DNA from: a virus
Length of the DNA stretch: 64,000 nucleotides
Virus record (IMG/VR): IMGVR_UViG_3300045012_000066
Span: 32,001-96,000 of that record
Reading direction: 5' to 3' (one strand)
Shown: in pieces, positions 1 through 8,797 of the stretch
How positions within the stretch are numbered: the first letter of the stretch is position 1
Layout: each line of letters begins with the position of its first letter
Notes under the pieces: generated by a model
The model's database searches: none
Seen by the model: the letters and a program-made list of their open reading frames with translations, nothing else
What the model was told of the DNA's origin: nothing
Translations under genes and position numbers: made by a program

Positions 1-41
1 TGGTTACGGTAAAAGACAGTGACGGTGATCAGAGGGTTGCG

Positions 42-677
42 GTGAGCTATCGCCGCGTCATGAACGGTCGTTCCATCACGATTGTGATGGAGGACGACGG
101 AGTCAGACTGGCTGAACGGTACGCCCTAAAAAGGCAGACGCGAAATACGCAACTGAAGCGTAGGTCTGCGCACGGCCACGACGACACCACGTTTGAAAAA
201 GGACTCGCCACGCACCGCGCAGGCAGTTTTCCTGAACTTGCGGCGGCTCTATTAACAAGCCTCCCATGGCATGCGTACATGGATGACCTGAGTAGTCGTG
301 GTAGCTATCGTCCACCAGACCTCGGTCGAAACATTCAGATCAGAGGCCGCACCGAATTACATTACGGCCTTATCGTTCACAGGCCGAAAGAGCGCGATAA
401 CCCGGAAGACATCTTCGTTCTAGCTTATTGGGACCGTCAGCGTTCGGTCATGTTCGCAGGTTGGATGTTTGGTTGGGAGGCGCAAAACGAAAAGTACTGG
501 AATACCGTGAAGCTTCCTCGCCCCGCTTACCTTATCGACAAAGATTGCCCTAACCTTCGGCCAATCGGGGAACTACTACGCGGCATAGAAGTGTGGTCAG
601 CTAAGAAACCTGTAGTACGGGCATCACACAACCTGCTCGCACGTGGAGCAGTTCAGGAAGCCGAAGGTCAGCCATGA
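42..677 (+). CDS. Hypothetical phage protein (start uncertain)
   Basis: 211-aa ORF; stop overlaps the ATG of the next gene (ATGA at 674-677). Confidence 0.6.
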   Translation: MSYRRVMNGRSITIVMEDDGVRLAERYALKRQTRNTQLKRRSAHGHDDTTFEKGLATHRAGSFPELAAALLTSLPWHAYMDDLSSRGSYRPPDLGRNIQIRGRTELHYGLIVHRPKERDNPEDIFVLAYWDRQRSVMFAGWMFGWEAQNEKYWNTVKLPRPAYLIDKDCPNLRPIGELLRGIEVWSAKKPVVRASHNLLARGAVQEAEGQP

Positions 678-1075
678 AACATAACGACATGCAGGGATCG
701 CTGAACTTCGATTTGAACGAAGGGGAGAGACAGAAGGAGGAGGGAATTGCATTGGCGTCCCTACCTCGCAAGCAGCTTGTGGAGCTAGCGCGGCTCTGCG
801 CTATTCGTGTAGCCCGTAGCTTCGGCGAGGTGACGTACGACGACGTGTTCTACGAAATGATCCGTCAAGGACTGGACCCAATAGCTTTGGGTAATGCAGC
901 AGGCGGCATCTTTCGCGGCAAGGAATTTGTTTTCACTGGTCGCTGGGAGAAGTCGCGGCGAGTCAGTAATCATGCGCGAGTCAACCGCGTATGGCGTTTG
1001 AATAACGACTACATACCACTAAAAAAGAACCCGCTGCGGGCGGAAATCTTGGGAGAGAAGAATGTCGCTTGCTAA
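674..1075 (+). CDS. Hypothetical phage protein
   Basis: 133-aa ORF overlapping both neighbours in operon fashion. Confidence 0.7.
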   Translation: MKHNDMQGSLNFDLNEGERQKEEGIALASLPRKQLVELARLCAIRVARSFGEVTYDDVFYEMIRQGLDPIALGNAAGGIFRGKEFVFTGRWEKSRRVSNHARVNRVWRLNNDYIPLKKNPLRAEILGEKNVAC

Positions 1076-1772
1076 TGAAATTCTGCGCGTAGTCAAGCAT
1101 ATCGACGAGACAGGGGATTGCACCACAGCCGCGCTTTCTAAGCTTCGAAAAACAATCCATTTCTCAGATTCCGAATTGGAGGAATTAGCGTGGAGGGCTT
1201 TTGGTGACGAGGTGAATCGAGCGCTAGTCAGCACCGCAAGAAGAGAAGTTCTCCGGCGAGAAGTAACCATCCCTCAACCGGAGGGTAACGCGCAATCAGG
1301 AGCTAAAGAAGTAAGCGCCAAAGCTGTGCATTCAGCGTCAATCCCGGTCCCTATGCCGGTAAGTTTAAGGGTTGTGAAAGTGGAACCCAAGGTGATGTCT
1401 GTGACGGTGCGGGTTTTGGAGGAGACGATGTACGACATTCGCGGTGATGAGCGAAAGTCAGTCGCCGATTTTGAAACAGACGATGTTGCGTATCTGATCG
1501 AGCGCAACCTAGCTGTCATGCGAGGTCATCAGCAGCACCAAGCGCTTTTCGAGTACATCCTAAAAACGCTTCTGGCGGCGAAGGTAAGGCGAGTGCGCGA
1601 GTTGCCTATAGAGGAACAGGAAAGGATTGGGCGCATGCTGCTTTCGGCAAAAGGGAGGAGATCAGAGCCGCCAGAGCCGCCACCACCGGATGGTGCGACA
1701 GGTGCGACGAAACTTGGACCAACGAAACAGGGTCCAACAGCGGGGCGGCGGGTTGTCGCTCAGGCTGGTTAG
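1062..1772 (+). CDS. Hypothetical phage protein
   Basis: 236-aa ORF with GGAG SD; stop TAG directly precedes the first GGY-NN array. Confidence 0.65.
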   Translation: MSLANEILRVVKHIDETGDCTTAALSKLRKTIHFSDSELEELAWRAFGDEVNRALVSTARREVLRREVTIPQPEGNAQSGAKEVSAKAVHSASIPVPMPVSLRVVKVEPKVMSVTVRVLEETMYDIRGDERKSVADFETDDVAYLIERNLAVMRGHQQHQALFEYILKTLLAAKVRRVRELPIEEQERIGRMLLSAKGRRSEPPEPPPPDGATGATKLGPTKQGPTAGRRVVAQAG

Positions 1773-1773
1773 T

Positions 1774-2004
1774 GGCAAGGCAGGCGAGGCGTGGTCGGGT
1801 CCGGCGCGGCCAAGCGCGGTATGGCATGGCACGGCAAGGCAGGTATGGCAAGGTGTGGCAAGGTGTGGTGCGGTGTGGTGCGGTGCGGCAGGCTGGGCGT
1901 GGTCGGGTAAGGTCTGGCGGGGCGCGGTCGGGCACGGCACGGCAGGTGTGGCTAGGCATGGCAATGCCCGCTGCGGCTGGGTGTGGTCGGGCAAGGCGTG
2001 GCAA
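1774..2004 (+). repeat. GGY-NN pentamer array 1 (candidate guide-RNA array)
   Basis: 43 pentamers (40 start GGC/GGT, then a variable dinucleotide) plus four 4-nt GGCA separators at 1779, 1838, 1887 and 1941. Confidence 0.92.
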
Positions 2005-2010
2005 GTAAGC

Positions 2011-2043
2011 CGGGAGGGACGTTTTTTAAAACCGTCTCTCCCG
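2011..2043 (+). terminator. Stem-loop directly after array 1
   Basis: CGGGAGGGACG (2011-2021) pairs with CGTCTCTCCCG (2033-2043), one G-U pair, A/T-rich loop. Confidence 0.6.
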
Positions 2044-2140
2044 AAAACCTCAACCCCTTAAACGGTGGCATTAAACGCGGCCCTTCTTACGACAAGCTCG
2101 TAGCGGGCGCATATTTAGACGCCACAATGAGGAAAACAAA

Positions 2141-2845
2141 ATGGCTGTTAATAATCCGAAACTGAAGCCGACAGTGGATGTAACGCAAGTAAACACTGCC
2201 GAATTAAAATCCAAAATTCCACCTGCCTCAAAAGTCATCATGATCAAGCCTCCAAGGCTGGAGGTTGTGGAATTTCCCGTGCGGGGCACAGCACCACTGG
2301 TGGTCCATCGCATGTCGGCAAAACTTAAGGCGCAGTTGAAGGCTATCGCCGAAGGTACAGCGTCGAAGGGTGCGCGAAAGGTGCGTGAACCCATGGACTC
2401 AGACGCTCTTTACATGCAAGCCCGCTACATCAGCAAGGAAGGTTGGGACGGGTTTCATGCAGGGGGAATTCGCAACGCGCTGATTTCAGCTTGCCGCTTA
2501 GTGAATTACAAGATGACGCTAGCGAAGCTCAGCCTCTTTGTGATTGCTGATGGATGGGACGCAATTGAGCCGCAGCATCCACTTGTTCGCATTTATGGCG
2601 AGCCTGTTAAGCAGGAGGATGTGGCTCGCGTGGAAACCGGTCAGCCGTATATCGCTGTGCGACCGGCGTACTACAACTGGAGTGCCAAAATTAAGCTCCA
2701 GTATGACGCCGACCAGTTCAGCGTGAACGATGTAGCAAACCTCCTTCACCGTGTCGGTAAACAGGTGGGAATCTGCGAGGGCCGTCCTGACTCAAAGCGC
2801 TCTCCCGGAGTGGGCTGGGGAACGTTCGAGCTTGTAGAGGACTAG
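2141..2845 (+). CDS. RAMP/Cas7-like RNA-binding protein (Vipr-like), flanked by GGY-NN arrays
   Basis: N-terminal strand EFPVRGTAPLVVH, helix GGIRNALISAC and C-terminal Gly-rich loop GKQVGICEGRPDSKRSPGVGWGTFELV follow the RAMP motif order; GAGGA SD. Confidence 0.75.
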   Translation: MAVNNPKLKPTVDVTQVNTAELKSKIPPASKVIMIKPPRLEVVEFPVRGTAPLVVHRMSAKLKAQLKAIAEGTASKGARKVREPMDSDALYMQARYISKEGWDGFHAGGIRNALISACRLVNYKMTLAKLSLFVIADGWDAIEPQHPLVRIYGEPVKQEDVARVETGQPYIAVRPAYYNWSAKIKLQYDADQFSVNDVANLLHRVGKQVGICEGRPDSKRSPGVGWGTFELVED

Positions 2846-2853
2846 GTTTCACT

Positions 2854-2887
2854 GGGCGGCTACTGTCTCAAAGTAGCCGCCCTTCTT
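2854..2887 (+). terminator. Stem-loop between the RAMP-like gene and array 2
   Basis: Perfect 11-bp stem GGGCGGCTACT / AGTAGCCGCCC, 7-nt loop, followed by TTCTT. Confidence 0.65.
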
Positions 2888-2891
2888 AAGA

Positions 2892-3119
2892 GGCGTAGCA
2901 GGCGCGGCATGGCGCGGTTCGGTATGACGCGGTCGGGCGCGGCAAGGCAAGGCAAGGCAGGCGTGGCGTGGCAGGTACGGTACGGCGTGGCTGGGTTTGG
3001 CCGGGTACGGTGCGGCGCGGCTTGGCATGGCAGGGCAAGGCTTGGCAAGGTTCGACGGGGCGGGGCCCGGTCTGGCGCGGCAGGTACGGCAAGGTGAGGG
3101 TAAGGCCACGGCGAGGCGT
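2892..3119 (+). repeat. GGY-NN pentamer array 2 (candidate guide-RNA array)
   Basis: Phased GGY-NN pentamers with AGCA/GGCA separators at 2897, 2956, 2970 and 3079; degenerates just before the next SD. Confidence 0.9.
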
Positions 3120-3131
3120 AAGGAGGAGTTA

Positions 3132-4418
3132 ATGAATCTCGTACAGATACAAAGAATTCCTCCGTGGCACCAATCGACGGAGTTTCTAACTAGCTGCCCG
3201 CAGCTATATGTCGAGTCGGTGATCAAGGGCCATCCGCAACCGGGCGGACTGGACTCCGCACGCGGCAAGGAAGTTCACCAGACTGGCGCTGCTTATGTTG
3301 CTTATTGCGCATTGGAACGCGTTTCACTTGATCTAGCAAAGTTCGATGAGTTAGCAGCCGGTGCCGGTCCACTCGCGGCTCGCATTCTGGCTGGGATGAG
3401 AGATTCTTATGAAGTTGACTTTACACATGTGCTGGCGACAGAACTTACCTTGTCGCTGGATGAACACTTTCTGCCGACGCAGGTGACGGATGCGATTAAG
3501 GGAACGTGCGTAGATACAGGAGAAGAGCCAGTAACCGTCGGCACGCTGGACGCGCTGTATGCATTTCCAGTGGAAGCAACGATGCGGATCGACGATTTAA
3601 AAACGCATCCGAAACCCTTTGAACCCGGCGACAAGCTGCAAGCGAAAACCTATGCCCTGTTGACGTTCATGCACTGGCAGTGGGTTGAGAAGGTTATCTT
3701 CCGCTTGATCTTCGTCCGTTATAGAAAGGTAACTCGCGAAGTTACATTTACCCGCGACCAGATACCTGATCTGATCGCAGCCGTCAAAGCTGGCCGCGAG
3801 CGGCAAATTAAAATTCACGCCGACTACGAAGCTGGCAACAAGATCGAAGCCATTGCCGGGACGCATTGCTGGTATTGCCCCCTGCTGTCGAACCTGAAGT
3901 GCCCCATCGCGCAATACAACGAGAACATGCAACTCACCATGGCGCAGCGGCTCAACTTCAATCTCTGGTACGCGCAGTTCAGCCGCAAAAATAACCAAGT
4001 GATGAGGGCATACGTGCAGGAGAGGGGTCGAGGGATCGTACTCAAGGACTACAACGGCAAGGCGTACGTCTACGACCACGTCGAAGTCGAGTCGGAGGTG
4101 TATCCGGTATTTAAATTCATCGATCAACGCATGGAGCTTCGCGATGGCGTCAATCCGACGCTGCCGATCATCGATCTGTTGATCGACTACGCGGCTGGCA
4201 ATCCGGATGACTCAGAGTGGATGAAAAACGTGGTGGTGTCGTCCACTCCGCTGAGGCGCTACCTCAAAACCAACAAGCGCAGCTTTCTCGACCAAGCGGT
4301 CGAGGATGCCGTGGTGAAAGTCCCTAAATCGCCTATACGTGTGTCGAAACCGCTCGACGCGGTGCCGGAGGCGGAGTTTGACGATGACGAAGAGTTCGAA
4401 GACGAGGAGGAATTGTAA
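3132..4418 (+). CDS. PD-(D/E)xK nuclease, Cas4/AddB-like with probable 4Fe-4S cluster
   Basis: ATG 3132 after AGGAGG SD (ORF-track start 2997 lies inside the array); SCP near N-terminus, RGKEVH, GTLD..IDDLKT, QAKTYALL, C-terminal HCWYCPLLSNLKCP. Confidence 0.8.
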   Translation: MNLVQIQRIPPWHQSTEFLTSCPQLYVESVIKGHPQPGGLDSARGKEVHQTGAAYVAYCALERVSLDLAKFDELAAGAGPLAARILAGMRDSYEVDFTHVLATELTLSLDEHFLPTQVTDAIKGTCVDTGEEPVTVGTLDALYAFPVEATMRIDDLKTHPKPFEPGDKLQAKTYALLTFMHWQWVEKVIFRLIFVRYRKVTREVTFTRDQIPDLIAAVKAGRERQIKIHADYEAGNKIEAIAGTHCWYCPLLSNLKCPIAQYNENMQLTMAQRLNFNLWYAQFSRKNNQVMRAYVQERGRGIVLKDYNGKAYVYDHVEVESEVYPVFKFIDQRMELRDGVNPTLPIIDLLIDYAAGNPDDSEWMKNVVVSSTPLRRYLKTNKRSFLDQAVEDAVVKVPKSPIRVSKPLDAVPEAEFDDDEEFEDEEEL

Positions 4419-4678
4419 TGGATCAGGAAATGCTGATGCGGGCCAGTGAGATCACCGCCGAAACAGAACGTGCCATGAGTATCCACCCTCCCATCAATAG
4501 TGCGCACGAAGCCTATGCAGTCATCAAGGAAGAGTTGGAAGAGTTCTGGGATTTGGTGGTCATCAACCCCAACAAGCTGGATGCAGCGCAACGGGCTGTG
4601 CGGCTGGAGCAGATGCGTAAAGAGCTTACGCAGACGGCAGCGATGTGCCTGCGCACGATGATGGATTTGGCGCTATGA
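4418..4678 (+). CDS. MazG-like nucleotide pyrophosphohydrolase-fold protein
   Basis: HEAYAVIKEELEEFWDLV...KELTQTAAMC helical acidic pattern. Confidence 0.5.
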   Translation: MDQEMLMRASEITAETERAMSIHPPINSAHEAYAVIKEELEEFWDLVVINPNKLDAAQRAVRLEQMRKELTQTAAMCLRTMMDLAL

Positions 4679-4992
4679 CTGTGCTCCCCAGATTGTTCGC
4701 GCTGATGGTCGGGCATGCGCTGGCCGACTTCCCGCTGCAAGGAGACTTCCTCGCCAGAGGGAAGGATCATCGCCATCCGATTTCCGGCGTGCCGTGGTAT
4801 CAGTGCATGTTCGCGCACTGCATGATTCAGGCGGGCATGGTCTACCTCATTACGGGAAGCCTTGTGATCGGACTGGCTGAATTCGTACTGCATTTTGTGA
4901 TCGATTACGCGAAGTGCGACGGGAAGCTGACGTTCAACCAAGATCAGGCGCTGCATGCTACCTGCAAAGTTATCTGGGCGGTGGTCGCATAA
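4675..4992 (+). CDS. DUF3307-like membrane protein
   Basis: LMVGHALADFPLQ, AHCMIQ, HFVIDYAK and DQALH His/Asp motifs in hydrophobic helices. Confidence 0.75.
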   Translation: MTVLPRLFALMVGHALADFPLQGDFLARGKDHRHPISGVPWYQCMFAHCMIQAGMVYLITGSLVIGLAEFVLHFVIDYAKCDGKLTFNQDQALHATCKVIWAVVA

Positions 4993-5005
4993 GGGAGCCA
5001 TAGAT

Positions 5006-5511
5006 ATGAGCAATGAAGCGGATCAGAAGAAACGCACGCCCACGGAAGTCCTAGTGCAGGCCATGGAACTGGCCGAAGAGATGGCTGAATGCGTCGTTAT
5101 TTTTCGGCTCATGAAAGACGGTCAGGGGCACAGCGGAATGGGCTGGGTGACAGAGCTTCCAGAACTGGCGCAGAAGTTCGCCTTCCTTGAAGAGGCCAAG
5201 TTAGCGATGTTTCACAAAAGCTACGGAGAGCGGGATATGCGATGAGACTCAAACTTGAATACGAAGACGACCCGGTATTTGCCACCGTCAAGTACAGAAA
5301 GAGCGACTATCGCGCACTGACATTGAAGATCAACGGCAAACCCTTCAGTGTCTGGGTAACGCTGGACCTTGTGTACCAGTTTCGCCGCGATGACCCGGAC
5401 TACATGCGAGAGATCGACAGGAGCCTCGTTGCAGCCATGGAGCGAATGCTGGAAAAGATTTTTCTGGACGCCGTTGGAGCGATCCCGGATGGAAGCGACT
5501 TAATGATATGA
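5006..5511 (+). other. Two small hypothetical CDSs (5006-5245, 5242-5511)
   Basis: Translationally coupled ORFs with SD-like sites. Confidence 0.6.
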
Positions 5512-7442
5512 AGCTGATCAAACTGCACTTGGAAAATTTCCGTATCCACAAAGACTCCACCCTGTCACTCGGAGAGAGCGCCTTCGTGGTGATTCGCGGC
5601 AGCAACTTTGCCGGGAAGTCCACTATTGGGCAAGGTCTTTCGATGTGCCTCACACCATCGACCACCGGCCTCGATGCGCAGGGCCGGGGCTACGCCTCGA
5701 AGATTAAGCGCGGCGCTACTAGGGCGGTGATCACGGCAGACTTCCAGACGAAGCGTCATCTGATCGAACGCACGGTCACGCTGAACGCCAACGCTGCGGG
5801 CCGCACACAGAAAACAGTTTGCCTGAGTGATCCAAGCTGGAAGCCGACCAAGTTTGACGACGAGATCGACCGGCAGAAGGCCGCGCTGACGGTGGTGCTG
5901 AACACCGACGCGTTCCTGCGCATGGACGAGAAAGAGCAGAAGAACCTGCTGGCTGGGCTGGCGCTTCCCAGTCACTACGACTTCGACCGGCAGATCGTCG
6001 CGGACGTGGAGGCGGTCCTCGGCGAGTGGTCTGTCAACTTCACAGGCGAACCATTCGCAGCGATCAATCTGGCATACAAGAAGCTCTTCGACGAGCGCCA
6101 GATCGTCAACCGGCAGGTGAAGGAATTCGTGATCCCGGAAGCGTTGGCGGCTCCTGAAGACGTGGACTCCAACTCGCTGCAAAGCAGGCTGGCAGAGTTA
6201 CGGGAGCAGCGTCGGGAGAAGCAGCGCGAGCGCGATCAGGCGGTAGCGGAGGCCAGCAAAGAAGAGACCGCCCGCCAGCGGGCCAAGGATAAAGTGCAGC
6301 AGGCTCTCGACGGTGAGTATCGCCGGGGGAACTCGATCCGGGACAAGCTGGTCAAAGAAGGTCAGTTGGTTTATCTGCGCAAGATCGCGGAAAGCAAGCC
6401 GGAACTGGACAGACTGATGAAGGAGCGCGAGGCGTCCTTAAGGCTGCGCAACCATTACGACATCCAGCTTAAAGCTCTGGAGGCGGTGCCATGGAACGCG
6501 AAGGAATGCCCTACGTGCGAGCAGCCGGTGGACGTGGAGAATTTAAAAAGGCTGAGCGAGAAGCTAAAGAAGGACATCCGGGAATCCAACGGAACGCTGG
6601 GCGTCGTCGAGCAGAAAATCAAAGCTCTGGGCGACGTGGATGATGCAATCGCTCTCATCGAAAGGCACGAGGCGGCGCTGAAGGAACTGGGCACGTTCGA
6701 TGAACAGGCGGAAGAGAGGAAGAAGCAGATCGAAGAGGCGGAACGCGACATTCCGGGTCCGACGCTGTTCGACTTTGCCCCCTTCAATATCAGCATCTCT
6801 GAAATCGAACTGGAGATCGAGCGGCTGTCCGGCCTGCTTCGCCCGGTGATCGTCGCGGAGGAGCGGCGCAAGGAGATCGCGATCAAGCAGGGACAGCTAG
6901 CGGTCCTGAAGCAGAAGGCAGCGACGCTGGACCGGCTGGTCAAGTACTTCGACAAGGGCGGCATCAAAGCCAAGCTCATCGGCCAGTATATTGGCGGTTT
7001 CGAGTCGAAGCTGAATGAGGTGATGGGCGCGTGGGGCTACTCCTGTGCGCTCTCGATTGAGCCGTACTCGTTCGACGTAACCAACGCCCGTCAGGATGTG
7101 ATTCCGGTGCGCGAGCTTTCCGGGGCCGAAGAGGTCATGTTCTCGCTGGCCTTCCAGTGCGCGGTGAGCCAGACGGCCAACATCGGCATGGTGGTGATCG
7201 ACGAGGTCGCCATGTTCCTGCCGGAAATCCGCCGCGTGCTGAATGCGCGACTCTACGACATGATCCAGCGCGGCTTTCTGGAGCAGGTCATTCTGCTGGT
7301 CGCGGACACCTCGGAGCAGGCATCCAGCCTGCCGGGAGCGGCCTTCTACATGGTGGAAAACGGCGAGGTGCGTGCTCTGCCAGCAAACGGTGTACGAAAG
7401 GAGACACAAAGTGAGCGACGAAACGACCAACGTATTGCCTGA
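5508..7442 (+). CDS. Rad50/SbcC-like SMC ATPase
   Basis: Walker A GSNFAGKS, long coiled coil with zinc hook CPTC, signature LSGAE, Walker B VVIDE. Confidence 0.9.
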   Translation: MKLIKLHLENFRIHKDSTLSLGESAFVVIRGSNFAGKSTIGQGLSMCLTPSTTGLDAQGRGYASKIKRGATRAVITADFQTKRHLIERTVTLNANAAGRTQKTVCLSDPSWKPTKFDDEIDRQKAALTVVLNTDAFLRMDEKEQKNLLAGLALPSHYDFDRQIVADVEAVLGEWSVNFTGEPFAAINLAYKKLFDERQIVNRQVKEFVIPEALAAPEDVDSNSLQSRLAELREQRREKQRERDQAVAEASKEETARQRAKDKVQQALDGEYRRGNSIRDKLVKEGQLVYLRKIAESKPELDRLMKEREASLRLRNHYDIQLKALEAVPWNAKECPTCEQPVDVENLKRLSEKLKKDIRESNGTLGVVEQKIKALGDVDDAIALIERHEAALKELGTFDEQAEERKKQIEEAERDIPGPTLFDFAPFNISISEIELEIERLSGLLRPVIVAEERRKEIAIKQGQLAVLKQKAATLDRLVKYFDKGGIKAKLIGQYIGGFESKLNEVMGAWGYSCALSIEPYSFDVTNARQDVIPVRELSGAEEVMFSLAFQCAVSQTANIGMVVIDEVAMFLPEIRRVLNARLYDMIQRGFLEQVILLVADTSEQASSLPGAAFYMVENGEVRALPANGVRKETQSERRNDQRIA

Positions 7443-8262
7443 TCCTGAGGAGCAGGCGCAAACCACAACCAACGGGGACGACGAAGAGGGCGACGACAGC
7501 AAGGAAGAAACGCCAGAACCGGTGACGGAAGGAACGGTCAAAGACGCAGTGCCTGAGCAGCATAAGACCGTTACTGTTCCGTGATTGGCGTCTGGGTGCG
7601 CGACAACTGCGAACGCCATCCACGTATTGCGGGTGGCGTCGTGGTCATATTGCGGCACATGAATGCGTGGCTGACGGAGCACGGCCACAGGACGTACAGC
7701 CTCGACGATTTTAAATCTGCTCTGGAGAAAAATGGTCTGCCCGTGATCGAGGTTGCCGGAACACTGCTGGTGCCGGGTCTGGGCTTCAAGGAAGACTGTA
7801 AATGCCTACCAAAGAACAAGCCAAGCAGCCGATCATCCCGAAAGAAATAGTTCACATGGCCAAGTTCTGCTACGCGGCCATGCGAGTCAGTCAACAGTGT
7901 CCGGAGCTTGAAGGGCATGCGCGAAAGGCAATCGACGCGGTCAAGCGAGCGCAGATACAGATGATCGACGGCAAGCCAACCCGCTGGCGTGCGAGCCGCC
8001 ATGTGAAGCGGCTGGTGAGCGACATTTACGAGCGCTTCGGAACGGTGCCGTACTGAGGTGCAATATGGCTCTGAGCAAAGAAGATCAGGAGTACTACGAA
8101 ACACAGCGAATCGAGCAGGAGAGGCGCGACGATTTTGAATGCGAGCGCGACTTCTGGACCAACGTCATGCTGGCGGTTCTAGGTGAACCCGGAGCCACGG
8201 TAAGGAAATCGGTTGAGCAGGCAGACGAGGCGCTGCGACTCTACAAGGAGCGGTTTCAGTAA
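7411..8262 (+). other. Four small hypothetical CDSs (7411-7584 acidic, 7581-7850, 7802-8056, 8065-8262)
   Basis: Consecutive overlapping ORFs; AAGGAG SD before GTG 7411. Confidence 0.55.
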
Positions 8263-8780
8263 TGGGCGACTTCAAGAAGAGGGCGCGTTACAAGACCGGC
8301 TCCGGGATTTTATTTCAGGACGCAGTGAAATCAGTTTTCCTGCGCGTCACCGGGCAGACGTACGACAACATGCTGGTGAGAATCAGAAAGAAGGGATTCC
8401 CCGGCCTGCCATTCGACAAGGACGCCTTCCGGGATCACGTCCTGTCCGCCATGGGCGGGAACTACGACGGCTACTTCCGCTGCCAGTACTGCAACGGGTT
8501 TTTTACTCTGGAACAGGTTGCCGTGGATCATGCCCACTCGCTAGGACGGGCCGGTGGTGTCGAACTCAGCAATCTCGACTATCCGTGTAAGCCCTGCAAT
8601 GCCCGCAAGGGCACCATGCTACCCGACGAGTATCACAGGCTCCTGAAGTTCCTTGATGACGAGCTTCCGCTGGCCAAGACTGACATATTGCAGCGGCTGG
8701 AGATCAGCGTCCAGCTTGCGGCGGCGGATCGGGCGCGGCGAGCCAAGGAAAAGCGTCAGATGGAAGCTAAAACGTTTTAG
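8262..8780 (+). CDS. HNH endonuclease
   Basis: CQYC...VDHAHSLGRAGG...NL...CKPCNARKG. Confidence 0.85.
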   Translation: MGDFKKRARYKTGSGILFQDAVKSVFLRVTGQTYDNMLVRIRKKGFPGLPFDKDAFRDHVLSAMGGNYDGYFRCQYCNGFFTLEQVAVDHAHSLGRAGGVELSNLDYPCKPCNARKGTMLPDEYHRLLKFLDDELPLAKTDILQRLEISVQLAAADRARRAKEKRQMEAKTF

Positions 8781-8797
8781 CTGCCCCGGTGCGCTCA

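Noticed and set aside
1606-2165. R/G/A-rich and P/C-rich ORFs over array 1 (1606-2004, 1627-2061, 1772-2008 and others)
   Set aside because: Products of the stop-poor pentamer repeat; 5-nt periodicity does not fit codon structure and there is no SD.
2997-3131. N-terminal extension of the Cas4-like ORF given by the ORF track
   Set aside because: Lies within array 2; the strong SD and ATG are at 3121-3134.
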